Source: Lytechinus pictus (lineage: Eukaryota). Taken from it: a stretch of 60,000 nt of DNA. How positions within the stretch are numbered: position 1 is the stretch's first letter; each line of letters begins with the position of its first letter. This document shows, piece after piece, positions 12,239-27,200 of this stretch. Both the position numbers and the translations under genes were made by a program. Below the pieces are notes generated by a model that was not told the origin of the DNA, ran no database searches, and worked only from the letters and a program-made list of their open reading frames with translations. The stretch is from NCBI RefSeq assembly GCF_037042905.1, contig NC_087251.1, positions 47,184,001 to 47,244,000 on the forward strand, read 5' to 3'.

Positions 12239-15200
12239 ACATCAACATCAACATCATCATCATCACCACCACTACCAATATTACCTCTCCTTTGAGTTCT
12301 TCAATGAGTTCCGCTTCAAACAATGTGCCTCCTGGTAGCTGTAGCTTACATCGATCTACCTTCCTCCATCTTGGGGGTTGGTTCTTCCCATCCCAGAAGT
12401 ACACGTATGATCTCTAAAAAAAAAATAACATGGTAAATATAGAAGCAAACAATATTTGACAAGAATGATGTAGCATGTACATCTAGCTATGATAAACTTA
12501 CATTTACATCACGTATTCATGAGGTGTATTACCGTAAGTATATTGATTAACATTTAATGTCTGCAAATAATATACCATAGGCTCGTGTACAAAACTTACT
12601 GTCCGATATTAGACCGTATTCATCACTCATGTGCGCATGCGTGAAATATACAATGCGTACTAAAATGAAAGCAAAGTGATGCGCAGCAAAGAGCACAATA
12701 ATACTCAATGACGTTATAATAAACTACATGCAAGTCGCATGCAGATTTGATCTTGTAAAGTGAGGCCATATTAACTGATTGTGGTAAGTGACATGACTTT
12801 CTCAATCAAAATTTTCCCTCTCTTTTTTTTTTTGGGGGGGGAGGGGGTGGAATAGATAATACTTATAATGGATAGCTTTATTTCACGGAATACCAGAAAC
12901 ATTCCATTCGTTTGGGCAAATACACGTATTTCACTCATCTGCGATTCGTAGAGTATTGGCCCAAACTCTTGGGAATATTTTTGGTATTCCATTCTGAGCC
13001 ATCCAATATAATCAAATGATTTCTTATATGACCTACCCCAATGCCAAGAACAAAGTATCTTTCCCCTGCAGCCACTGTACATCGATAGTCATACACACTC
13101 TTGACCTTCTGAGCAAAGGTCTCCTTGTCCAATGGCATGGCTCGCCTGCAGAAGTAACCATAGTCCCCTTGATCTTCCTATGGAAAAAATAAAACACACA
13201 GATAAGTCCCCTTGATCCTCCTATGATACAAATATCAAGACACAATAGTATCATTTCTATTCTTCCTTTCATTACAATATTCTAAGTTTAGTTTAGTACT
13301 TGCAAAAAAAACAAAAACAAAGTAAACATAGTCACCATAATCTTACTGTGAAAAAAAATTCTAATATCTAGTTAGTCATTTTGTATATTACTTAATTAAT
13401 TCATTCATTTATTCAATCATTCTCTTGCTTGCTTTATTTTTTAAATATTAATCTATTCACTGACTAATAAAGTAAATGATTGCTTTATTCATTGAGTGGT
13501 TAAGCTATTCACTAATGATGATGATGATGGGTTCTTGTATAGCGCCGGTATCCACCTCAGCTGGGCGCTCATGGCGCTTGCTCAAAAATAGGAAATATCT
13601 CACAAATTTCAATGTCTTCAAACAGTGCTTAGGATCATCATTCATCACTACTACTAGTTGATTGAATAATTGAGTTGACTGATTGATATTTACCTGACAT
13701 AGGTCATCAAATTTTGTAGCAGGATCTGGGACTTTAGGAGCGGCTCTTGATCTACCTGGAATCTAAAACAAATTTTACATAAATTACATCAAACATCCGA
13801 GTGTGACTGTTCAGTTTTAGCCTCATCCAAAAAAAAAATCGCATAAAAAATTTCAAACAAGTGGAACGCCTCTGACAGTCTCGCCTGCATTACGCGATTT
13901 AATATAGCAGCAGTGCTAACTTTGAAAACTACAATAAAATAATCATTCACAAAAACACCATTCATATAATGACATAATACCACGTTCATTGACCATAAAT
14001 GACATTTGAACAGTGACTTAAGACTTGTCAACTACACCCATGTCCATATTTCATCCACTCTATCCATAAACTTTCAAAGTTATGATGGCAATTCAACAAT
14101 TACCCCAACATGGCCTAAGTTTATTGACCTTAACTGACCTTTGACCTTGGTTTTGTGACCTGAAACTCACAGGGGATGTTCAGTGATACTTGATTACTCT
14201 TATATCCCAAGTTTTATGAACTAGATCTATAAACTTTCAGAGTTAGAATGGTTATTCAACAAATATCCCCAACATGGCCAAAGTTCATTGACCTTTAATG
14301 ACCTTTGACCATGGTCATGTGACCTGAAACTCGTACAGGATATTCAGTGATACTTGATTACTCTTATGTCCAAGTTTTATGAACTAGATCCATAAACTTT
14401 CAGAGTTAGGATGGTAATTTAACAAATATCCCCAACACGGCCAAAGTTCATTGACCTTAAATGACCATTGACCATGGTCATGTGACCTGAAACTCGCACA
14501 GGATATTCAGTGGTACTTGATTAACCTAATGTCCAAGTTTCATGAACTAGATCCATAAATTTTCAAAGTTATGATGGTAATTCAACAAATACCCCCAACT
14601 TGGCCAAAGTTCATTGACCCTAAATGACCTTTGACCTTGGTCATGTGACCTGAAACTCAGGCAGGATGTTCACTCATACTTGATTAACCTTATGTATAAG
14701 TTTCATGAACTAGATCCATAAATTTTCAAAGTTATGATAGTAATTCAACAAATACCCCCAACTTGACCAAAGTTCATTGACCCTAAATGACCTTTGACCT
14801 TGGTCACGTGACCTGAAACTCGAGCAGGATCTTCACTAATACTTGATTAACATTATGCCCAAGTTTCATGAACTAGGTCCATATACTTTCTAAGTTATGA
14901 TGTCATTTCAAAAACTTAACCTTCGGTTAAGATTTTGAAAATAATTCTCCCAACATGGTCTAAGTTCATTGACCCTAAATGACCTTTGACCTTGGTCATG
15001 TGACCTGAAACTCAGGTAGGGTGTTCAGTAATACTTGATTATCCTTATGGCCAAGTTTCATGAACTAGGTCCATATGTTATGATGTCATTTCAAAAACTT
15101 AACCTTAGGTTAAGATTTGATGTTGACGCCGTCGCCGCCGTCGGAAAAGCGGCGCCTATAGTCTCGCTCTGCTATGCAGGCGAGACAAAAATCATCAAAA

Positions 15201-18200
15201 TATGATTAAGATGTTTATGTGTGATCTCTTTACAAGGTTGATCTTTCTCATACATTTTTTTTCTTACAATTAATTATTTTTTTAGCACAAATAGTAGTCA
15301 AGGGTATATGTCAGTTTACATTAAGGAATAGGCTTAGTCTTATTTGATTGAGAAGCATTTAAGCTCAACCTATAATTAAGACTAAGCCAGAGGTCTTCAA
15401 TTCAGGTGGACAAGCATCTAAATGAAAGTAAATACAATATGAGAATATCAGCCTCATGGATCCTCCCGCATTTTTCTATGATTTTTTTCTTAAGTTAGTT
15501 TCTTCTATACTTCAATAACAGTCACTGGTAGAAATCAATATTCATCTTTGATAATCAAAGAATCTCTATAATCTAAGGTCATTTCAGCTAAGTGGAGTGA
15601 TCTTAAGAGCAAGACAAAGCGGGTGTAGACCAACTGCCAATTTAATGTTTGAGGAGGGAAGTTAGACTTACCCCCCAGAGAGCTAGACATTCATCTCTCA
15701 TCCTCTTCTGTTCCATCTCAATCAGATCCGAGTTCTGAACGTAAGCCTGGATCTTGGCAAGAGCCTGGGTCTGAGTCTCAGCTTGCCTGAAAAAAAAAAT
15801 TGTGTCAATGTCCTGCGTTCTTGGGTGTGATTCATAAACAACTTAGAAATATGGTTATTACCATGGTAACAGGGCTCAGCAGGCAATTAAAATCAAGAGT
15901 TCCATAGTTGTTACCAATTAAAATCAAGAGTTCCATAGTTGTTACCATAATGAGAAAGTCACGATTGATGAAATCTTTAATACCCCTTCACAAAAAAGTA
16001 TGATGCCAAATAATACACAAATGTTTTAGAGAATACCAGCCACCCTCTCTTTTTTTGTTGTTTTTGTACAAAGTACAAGAAATATAATTTATAGAGATCT
16101 GTGTTACCCATATTATGTTAGTCATTTTTATTATTGACTGGTATTGTCATAGATTCTCTAATTGTCTCCTTGTAAAGTTTATTCCTTTGCTTGATTTCTG
16201 GAGATGCATTTCATAACAACACTTTCTGCAATGGGCCCCTTCTTGGCCTTTAATCATACATTAATATAAGGTTGAAAAAATGCGAACCATCTTAACTACC
16301 TTTCATTCTGTTCAATGATGTAGTCCATGAAAGCATCGTCTGCTCGCAGTACATCCAGTGGCACACTCTCAAGGACGTCCTGTTTGCTTGATTTCAGCAT
16401 GTTCAAGGTCTCGTTCAGGTCAAAGAGGAAATCATGGGTGGGATCTGTGCCTGACCTACGACCCTTGCAGATGACGTATCTAAATTTACAAAGAAGATTT
16501 CTGGATTTGTAATTATGGATTTATTTTTTCACTATCAGCAATATAATAATAATAAACAGTTCTTGTATAGCGCATATCACGATTATGAATAATGTCTCTA
16601 TGCGCTTCCAAAGGACTTGGATATTATTACCCCAGCTGTAGCTTGGCAGCCGTAATTACTAAGATTACAGCGCACACGCATATTTTATATAGTTCTAGAT
16701 ACCTTTGTTTTCAGTACATAAACAGGTTGGTCAAACTCGATCTCTAAAACTATGATCTATATGGTACTTCAAATTAGAGCCAATCCTCAAAATCATCATT
16801 ATTATCCACTTCACGAATATCATTATCATCATCATCATCATCCTCATCACTGTCATCATCCTCCTCCTCATCATCATCCTCATCACCATCACTATCACCA
16901 TCATCATCATAATCCTCATCACTGTCATCATCATCCTCCTCACCATCATTACCCTCCTCATCATCATCATTATCAACATCATCATCATCCTCCTCCTCAT
17001 CATCGTTGTCGTCGTCATCATCATCATCCTCATCATCATATCATCCTCCTCATCATATCATATCATCCTCATCATCATCATCATCATCACTGTCATCGGA
17101 ACCACTAAGATTTTGGAATCATCAAACACCTTTAATCAGAGCTTGATCACTAACAGTACTCTATTTTGAACATGCCAAGGCAGGCAATCCACAAATGAAT
17201 GTTATTGTTCTATTCAACTTGATTCTTTTGTGCAACCACTAGCTAGACTTCATTGTTAAGTAGTAGCGAAGAATTCAATCATGTACTTTTAACTTGGCTG
17301 AGGAATGCTATTTCTTCTCCTACTATTGTTAGATTTTTCATTCACAAAGCAACAATCGGCCACTTAGAAGGAGGAAAAACTGATCATCAAAACCATACTT
17401 CACTGCACTCAGTAGACAGCTTTGACCTAGTGTGGACATGTGCAATTTCTACTGGCCATCCTTATTTTCTCTCAATTCAGAAAGAGGCTTTCAAACGGTT
17501 GTGGATTATTACACACTGAATTTTCTACAATAATATGAGAACTAGCACTTAGTTGCACCATTTTGACTACCATCTACAAATTATCCAAGTGTGAGCAATA
17601 TTATTTTTACGAACACTTCACTCAACCTCATCCCGATGTGTTTTGTCAAGACTTCACAGAAGTGGTCGTCATTGCATCATGACCTCCACATATTTGTACA
17701 TATGTTTTTGAATCACTGGAAAGCATTTCATGAAAAGTGTTGTCAGATCAGACAAGTCCTGTTATATCTGTCAGTTGCCATAGTTACAGAACTTCTCAGC
17801 CAATCAAAATCACATAGGACAACTTGTCAGAAAACAAATGTTGATGAAGCGCTCCCCTATTGTTAACGGACATCATGCGATCAGGCTCTGGATGCAATAT
17901 GAATACAGTATGTCATATGAACATTCACGTTTGAAGGATTTGTCAACTATTTCTGCATCAAGATCTTGAAGACTGGTGAGTTTTTTTATATAAGCCAATT
18001 GCAAAATGTCACACTCGGACATTTAGCTAGTGTATGCATTAAATAATGTAAGCATGGCAAACCGGTTGTTGCTTTGAATCTTAATTCTAGATATCAATAA
18101 TTGCACACAAGATATCTAGAATCATATTCTTTCTGTAAAAAAATGTGTTATTAAAAAGGGCAATTATTGATATTAGGAATCACGATTAAACACGAAAATG

Positions 18201-21200
18201 GCTTTCCATACCTATGTCAGCTTACATTGGCTAAATTCCGCTAAAACATTCTGGGGCCCCATTTCATAAAACTTGTTGTTATAATAACAAATTGACATAA
18301 TGGTTTAAAGCTACTGAAATCCATCTATTTGATTAGCTGATAGTGCATTTGATATTATAACAAGTCTTTTTGAAATGGGACCCAGGTATGACAGCCCCTT
18401 CAAAGACCCAAACTCTTTTGATTCCCTTGATCTGATGTATTTGTGTGTGAGTATGGGTGTGTGTGTGTGGGTGTAGAATCAGTTTCTAATGTGCATACAC
18501 AGATTGGAGAAATAATACACCCCTGAAGACGGACAGTCAACCTGCCCAAAACGTCGAGTAACCTCTCTTCACTTCATCCTGCTACTACTCAAACCATCGC
18601 TACTCAAGCCATATTCACCTCATTCAATCTGGTTTACAGTCCTTTTCAGGACTTCACTCACTTTCAAGAAAAGAATACTACTAATTTCCTCTTATCATTC
18701 TTTCTCGTCTTTCAATTTCAATCTTTCTGCCTGTATTTCCTTCCCTTCTTCATATTACACATGGTGAACCGTAAACCTTCTCCACGTTACAAACTCCACC
18801 ATGCAAACCTACAAAGATCACATGAATGCACGCATTGTTGAATAGATGTGTAAATCATCGGTATTGTATATATCTAGAGCTGCTAACCTGAACAAGAACA
18901 TATCAGTACTTTACAATCTGAAATTCAGTACTTTTGGTGAGGAAATCATTATTTTCAAAGAAATACCAAAGGACAACACATAAAACTGGAAATTTAAAAA
19001 CCAGTATTTTGCATGAAACCAACAGTATTCTTCTATCTTTTCAGTAGTAATTACTGAAAATCAGTACTTTTGGTGAGGAAATCATTATTTTCAAAGAAAT
19101 ACCAAAGGACAACGCATAACACTGGAAATTTAAAAACCAGTATTTTGCATGAAACCAACAGTATTCTTCTATCTTTTCAGTAGTAATGACTGAAAATCAG
19201 TACTTGGCAGCTCTGGGGATCATAGGGCTACTACTGACCTCTCTGAATTTGCTGGTCGACTGGTGACCGGTTTGAAGATAGAGACCTGTTCAAATGACCG
19301 ATACAGGACATAGATCAGACCAACACTGAATGGTGTGAAGAGGTCAAAGGTCTTACAAACAAAGTGACCACCTGAAAAGAAAACATTATAAAAAACAAAT
19401 GAACACTACCACCATATTTTGTTGTCAGTATCCTGCAAGTTTTATGAAAATTTTATTTTTCTCAAATGAAACATAGTACTATTACAGAAAGAAGAAAATA
19501 CTAGTAGTGCCTTTCTTATCTAACAGAACAATGCTAGCTGCAAGGGTGGCAACCGTTTTCTAAAAGCTTGTTTCATAGTTTCTCTTATCCAATCACTGAC
19601 TATAACCTGATAACTCATTAAAACTAGTTTTAATTGAAATAGGGATCTGATTCATTAAATTCTTATAATGGAAAATTAATATATAAGCTTTTTAATCAGA
19701 AATTTATTAATTCCGGAAAAAATACCTATATATTTATTTACTTTTTATCAAAGTGAGGACTGGAGACCATGTCTCTCATTTTCAACAATCCCTTTCCGAA
19801 AGCCTTTTTGAGGGATTATGAATGTATCATCTTGAATTATGACAATATTGTATCTACATTTTTTTTTCCATATTATGGATAACACATAAGATAAAAAGCA
19901 CAATTTGCACACTAAATATGGTATATACACAAGGTAAGGAATAACTGCTTTATCAATCCTCACCCAACATATAACAATGATAGCAGAGTTCATCCTTTTC
20001 CTAGATATATCACAAAAAATGTGGGGGAAATCTGTTTAATCATGCAGTTAAAATCACATGATGTAATTATTGGGCTACATTGATGACTTCAAAAGAAAAT
20101 ATGCAAATTACCTTCTCTCACAATTGACATAGCAACCAGAAATTGGCATAGCAACAGTTGTTTAGTAAGAATCTCTTGGATGTTCTCTTGTCCTGCCACA
20201 GAGAATCCCTAGGGGAGATGAAAGATTATATGATGGTGATCCCCAAGTCTACGCACCTAACTATTTGAGTTAAAATTTTACACGAATTTCCTTTTATTTA
20301 ACAAAATCTTTCAGTAAATAATGTTCCTTATATAATTATGAGTAAGTGTAACAAATATTTTATAGAAATTTGAAAGAAATATAGGATTTTCTTGGAAAAA
20401 ACCTCGGGCAGTCATTTTCAGATTGAAAAAAAAAAATAGTACCCCATGTCTGCGCACCCATTCACTTTGCACACGATTCGGGTATTTTGATGAGAAATGC
20501 TGCATTTTGAGGCCGTCATATAAAATGCCCAAAATTCATTATTTTTCAATTTTGAGTCAAAATTTTTAATGAAAATCTGTCTATGTGTTGCCTGTGTAAA
20601 GTTTGTGTTCGTTGCATATCTTCTTTTACTAGAATCGCACAGATACGCGTGTGCGCAGACATGGGGGACTGTGCAGACTTGGGGGAACTTGCCATAAGTT
20701 AACTCAGAGGTGTATTCAAGCTGGAGTCATTTTTTCTTCATGACAGAATCGATTGATGTGATGTTGAATTCAATTTCAATTCAAGTTTTTGTATTTGTCT
20801 TTTGAGTATAAAAAATAAACTTGTTCTTTGTTATGAAAATGAAATTACTGATATTATCTAAAGATGAAAGGTATCAGCCTCTCACCCCATCGGCCATGAC
20901 AAAATGGACGCCTTTGCCGCCGGTGTGCTCCATTACAAATCTTCTGAACTCACGCTGGTTATCACTATTTGTAGCATCCCCATCACCTTCACTTCCGTTC
21001 ACACCTAGCATATAAAGAGAACAATGTAACAGCTGAAATCCATTACATTTTGCAATTAATTAGTTTGCTTTGGGTCCTCCAGTTTGACATGAAAAACTTC
21101 CACTTGCAACACCAAGTTCAATCACCTGATATAAATTTGTATCACAATGAAACTATTAGTATTGGAGGTTATTGAAATTTATATTTGACTTTTAACCCTA

Positions 21201-24200
21201 ATAGTGCTTGGTTATTTTTAGACCCTTCTCATGGCAAGAAGGGGGGGGGGGGTGAAATCGCCCCATAAGCTTATCATAGTTTAACTCCTCACTGATAACA
21301 TATTTCAGAAATTCATTTTCATAATTTATTTTGAAACTTTTTATGACACCTTACCCTCGTAAGGGCTCCCATACTGAATCTAGAAACTTTCGAACTTTGA
21401 AACGATATGCCCAAGCAGTAGGGAGTCATCAACAATTTACTGGTATACACAGAGGCACCAGTGCTAATCTGTTTTCATCCACAATGCAGTTCGCACCTCC
21501 TCCCAGTGACGAAGCAGATGCAGTTGATTTATGGTCAACGTCTGCGAGAGAGCTGCATTTGAGTCATATCGGTCTGCTAGAGTCAGTTTAATGAATTTTT
21601 ATTATGTAATATTGTCATCTCATCGAAAGACTGATGAGCTTGAATAATTAATAAACATAGATTGGACTTCTCCTTTAAGCCTCTCACCAATAACAATGCA
21701 GACAGCCAAAATGTGAAACCATGCTGCACTACTTACCATAATGAGGTTCAAAGAATTCTGGAGGTGCGGAATAGAAGTCCTCCAACTTGAAATCATTGCT
21801 CCCTTTCAAGGTGAACCCAAAACCTTTGACCTTGAAGTCCTTCTTTTGGCGAGACTGTGTTCTTCTCCATACCACGTACTCTGAGAAACCTCCAGGGCCG
21901 GCACACGCGTCGGCAAAGTACAACAGCTCATTGTCTTTCACAACAGGTGTCTGTGTTGGAATGGTAAAATGAGACCAATATTTTCATTTCACTGCCTGCC
22001 CACATTTTTGTTACGTGTTCTTCTTCAGTGCTGGCAGGTTTTTCCTTTTGTTATTGTTTTTTTTTAGTTAATTTTTTGGACATAGAAAGGTTAATATTTC
22101 AATACCATAGTCAATATGGTGAGTGTTCGCCCTTCATCTGATATTACGTTGCCACACCCACATTACGGGTGACTTATTATTATTCCACAGTCACATCGAC
22201 AAAACTATCAAAGGTCTGTCGGATAACAAGATTAACACTTGTTTGAATGGCTTCAGCGTGATTTGAAAATTACGTTTTCAATTTTGTTTACAGACTGTCA
22301 AATCTATTGCATTATTCCTATAAAATGACATACCATCGGTCAAGTTTCATTTCGTGTGACTCTAGCATTGAGTTATAAGACTTACCCCATCTGGGTGTTT
22401 TGGTGATGTGAACATGTAATCACAGACAAAGTCCATATTGGCCATCTTCATGGCTGCTCTATTCAAGAAGATACCGCCTCGGATCGTCTCGTGGGGATTG
22501 GAGCGTGTTCTTGCTTGCCTCATCTCCTCCCCATCAAGAAGGTCAAAGGTCGTCTAGTCAAAACAATATTACACGCATATTTATTGCACGGCTGTCATGT
22601 ATTAACGTGCTACAGCTGATTCCCCACATTTATCCGATCAGCTGTCAAGGACCTATTGATGTGTTGTACAGGATGTTTTAATGTCCATTTAGGAAATTCA
22701 TCTTGTTTTGACTGAACCCAAGCCGGCAATTATTTACACTTAGGTATATGAACAATGTGTACTAAGCTGAAATTAATTTGTGATCATCAATGGGGTTTAG
22801 GCTGAATTGGTTTGGACCATCCTCCTCATCAGCATCCCTATCACCTGTGAAACTTTCTTTCTTACTCAGAACAATTATTCTAACTTAGGATTAATCGCTT
22901 TAAATGTATTATACTGATGAAACAACTATCACAAACTAATAAATCCACTTTCACCTTTTGATCAAGAAGTGTCTTCAGCAAGGTTTCATCACAGAACTCT
23001 GTCTCATCATCAATTGTCAGCTTTGGCTGTAGACAAAAGAAATGATAATTCATTACATTCTCAAAATAAAGCATGGATCACTGCAAATGAATACAAATTA
23101 CAATTAAAAATGTGTCCATAAATAGCTGTAAATGTGAAATATCTCGAATGAAATATAAAAATCTTATTAATGTGAGTGAAATGTTCATAAAATCTGGGTC
23201 TGTTTCTTAAAGGTCAAGTCCACCTCAGAAAAATGTTGATTTGACTCAATAGAGAAAATCAATCTAGCATAACGCTGAAAATGTCATAAAAATCAGATGT
23301 AAAATACGAAAGTTGTGACTTTTGAAGTTTTGCTTATTTTTCACAAAATAGTTATATGCACAATTTAGTCACATAAGAATGAGAGAATCGATGATGTCCC
23401 TCACTCAATATTTCTTTTGTTTTTTATTGTTTGAATTATACAATATTTCAATTTTTACAGATTTGACAATAAAGACCAACTTGACTGATTCATAAAATGT
23501 TAAACAATGGTAATTCCAAATGTTCAGGGAGAAATAAAACTTTGTTTCACAGGACAATGGGGAGAAAATTAAAATATTTCATATAATAAAATACAAAAGA
23601 AATAGTGAGTGAGTGATGTCATCAGTTCCCTCATTTGCATACTCACCGGTATGTACATATAACTGTTTTGTAAAATTAAGCAAAACCTAAAAATGTCACA
23701 ACTTTCTCATTTTATATCTGATTTTGATGAAAGTTTAAGTGTAATGCTTGTTGGATTTTTATCTTTTTAATCAAATCAACTTTTTTGGGGGTTGGACTTG
23801 TCCTTTAAAGACTATGATTATCATAACGTTGCCATTTTTAAACTACCATGAAAACGTTGATTCTGATTGACTTTTGCTGCCATTTTTGCCATGGTGGTTA
23901 CTAATATAATGGCATAGTCAACATTATCAGAATTAAAAGTGATGAATGCATAAAGTGATGACCAAGTTAAAATAATTTTTTTATTTTAATGTCTGATTAT
24001 CATGCACATTTCTAGCAACAAAAAGTGACACCCTCAAGTCCTTACCTTTTGAGCATCCCATAGAACTTTCCATTCCTCTATCTCAGCGCTGGTTAGGATG
24101 CCTTGCGACGGCTCCATCCATTCTACAGTCTCTTTGGAAGATATCTAGAATAAGAAATCAATGAAATGCTGAAAACACATGATTTGATGGTAGAAGTGTT

Positions 24201-27200
24201 CAAAATAATTTGTAAAGAACAATGATTATCAAATAAATACTACTACGTGTTCTGCATATTATTCTTTCTTGATCACTGAGACAATGTTTTATCAGTGCTA
24301 GTGCAATATTCATGATTTAGATTTAACGATATGTGTGCCTATGTGTGCCTATAACAATAATTCTACTTGCTTATATAGTGCTTTATCAGAAGTCCCTAAC
24401 TGCTCTCTAAGAAAACATCATAATTGCTCTCCTTTTGGCAGTGCAGCCATACGTGCTTTGCATTTAAAGGACTGAATAACCATAAAAGAAAATTTGTAAA
24501 GTTACTCTTTCATTAAAAGTGTACCAGCCATAATAATAAAAGCTTCATATATAAAGACAAACCTCTTCATCTCCAGTCCAGACCACTTCAGAGCTGGGTT
24601 CAAAGCCCTTGGTCTTGAGACCAAGACCACGGCGCCCTCTTTGTTTGGATGCCTCCACGATCTCCACACGTCCTTTGCCAAGTTTGCCAAGTCCAGTGCC
24701 TTTTTTGTAGCCCATTTTAGCCTAGAGGAGAGAAGAAAAAAAATTGATTTCAAATATACCTTCTCCTTGCATATTCAATATTCGATCAGCTTTCCTCCTT
24801 ATACATGTAACTGGCAACAAAAATATTTTCAGTTTAATTCATGTATCTGAAATAATTAAGAATTGAGGAAAATAGGTTGAAACTTGGTGTGTGTGTGTGG
24901 GGGGGATACAGTATTTTGGGATGTTCCGCCTCATTGCCAATTTAGAGTTTAATTACTAACTGTTCCTTTTAAAATGTTCATTTTTTATGAATGATTCCGA
25001 TGAAATTAAATTGGGCACGGTGCATTTTCTTTCCTTATGGTTTATTTAATTTGGAAGTACTGCATCAAAGTTTCTAGACCTAAACCGACATCTCAAGTAA
25101 AAGCAGTAAAAAATCAATATGGTGTTGGGGGTTATGGGATAAACAAAAGTCTACATGACAAGTAAAAGAAATGGTACATAGTACTGTTTTTGCCTTTCCC
25201 CACAATATCCTATTTAAAGAAATGTTGGAAGAATAAAAGTGTATCTACATAACCCCCCCCTCCCCTGATATAGACACAATTATGAGGAGAAGCAAAAATA
25301 TTTGTTTATCGGTACACAGAGATGGGGAAATATGGACAGGGATGTGTGTCCAAACCAGTAGCCTGCATAGAGTCCAATGGTACATTGCCAATATAGGATC
25401 AGGGGCTTGTTTTATAAAGACTTACAACGATTATAACTATGGTAAGAGGGCTCAGCAGCCAATCAAAATCAAGGATTCCATGTAAGTCACGATAATGGCA
25501 AAGTGACAACAGTTGTAAGTCTTTATGAAACGTGCCCCAGCTCCTCGTTTCTTACCATCATATTCTGTGCAATGGAGCTGTATCCCGAAGAGGATGATTC
25601 CGGTGCTGGCTTGGTTGAGACCACTGTTGCACCCATGGATGCACCCATTGATGCACCCATGGGGGTATAAAGAACCGGGGGAGGGGATCCCACTGAAGAT
25701 GAAGAATCAGAGTCGGTGGATGCATCACTCAAGGATTTGAACATCTGCTGGGGGGCATAGGACACACCCCCTCCATCACCGCCCGCATCTTATGAATATT
25801 CAAGGAAAAAAAAATCATCATGCAAGTCTTGTAAAGTTTGATGTGTGTTTATCAGTAAACCTTAAGTATAATACTAGTGAATTTAAAATTCATTACATGT
25901 ATGCCCACATCTGTCTATCAGGTCAACACTTACAAAAGGAATTCAGAATAGTTCAAAATCAAACACTTCATTGTTATCATTATTAAGTTTACATGTAGTA
26001 TCATCATATATTCATACTGTGCCAGGGAGGTGAGATCAAACTGAATCACTGTATTCCGCTTGTTTCTCAGACTCCTAATATACCTGATTGGGGGAGTGCA
26101 TGCACTTGTATTCTGTCTGACATTACGGCACTGTACTTACATGAATCTAGACAATTAAGTTACTATTTTAAAACAATTTGCTTGTCAATTTTAATGTAAA
26201 TTAATGTATGTCAATCGTAACCTAAGTTTCCCCCAAAGCAAATATAATTCATTTCTGTAATTCATCCATCTTGCTGCAAAAGAATTTTCAATAAGCTATA
26301 TCCTACATGTAAGTTCATCTAATATTTCTTTTTAAAGTTGATAACAACATTATTATTATTATGTATTTGGACCAGCTGGCAGAGTAAATAAAGTTCATTG
26401 GAATATTATACAAATAGCGAATAGGCATGAGTGCGATGGTGCGAGATTTCGCATGAGGTGAAAGAAAGATGCTCTATTCAACGAGGCGTGAGCCGAGTTG
26501 AATAGAGCGTTTCTTTCTTTCACCGAATGCGAAATTTCGCACCATTGCACGAATAAGAATATTCGCTATTTGTGTTGTACAAAGCCTCGGAATTCAGCGA
26601 AAATATGAAAAAAACAAAGAGTTTATCCCTATAGTAATCTATGAAAAGGGAGCAAAAATACCGAAAGCAGAAAGCAAAATCCCACAAGCGCACATGACCT
26701 TGGGCAGCCTTGCGCATTTAGCCAGCTGGCTTATACGCGTATTGTTCATTTTTACCGAGCGCAATGAATTAAATCGTATTGTGACGTCACCTCCTAAAGC
26801 CGTGCAACAGTACATTTTGGACGGTACATTTTGGATGGTACGTCTTTTGTGCAACGGTACGAATGTTTGACATTTAGCCTCCCATTTGCTCGCGTACAAC
26901 AAGCTAAGTAGGCGTTGTACAAAATGGAATGTGATGGAACTACATCTAAATGTTTTATTGATCAGATTCGCACAATGCATCATTCAACACAGAGGCACCA
27001 CAGGTACATGTATTTAAATCATCTTGTACTTGGCTTATTATTGCACTTATTGTCACTCACAATTACTGTAAAATACATAAATCCATCAAATGTAATATTT
27101 CCAACATAAATAGGTCTATTACATTTAATTGAATTAAAAGCAACAATCAATGAATTGATTCTTGAAACAATGATTCAAAATGAATTGTTTATCACAGCAT

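Noticed and set aside
11745..12417. 219-aa and 210-aa poly-Met and poly-Ile ORFs
   Set aside because: Artefacts of an (ATC)n microsatellite; only 12285-12413 and 11678-11769 are real CMTR1 exons.
14040..15120. Regular repeats resembling a CRISPR array
   Set aside because: The whole 163-bp units are homologous, there are no unique spacers or cas genes, and the context is a eukaryotic intron.
16731..17108. His-rich and Met-rich ORFs
   Set aside because: Intronic (ATC)n microsatellite.
21618..21645. GAAA...CTGATGA near a small hairpin
   Set aside because: The helices needed for any hammerhead topology are not formable.
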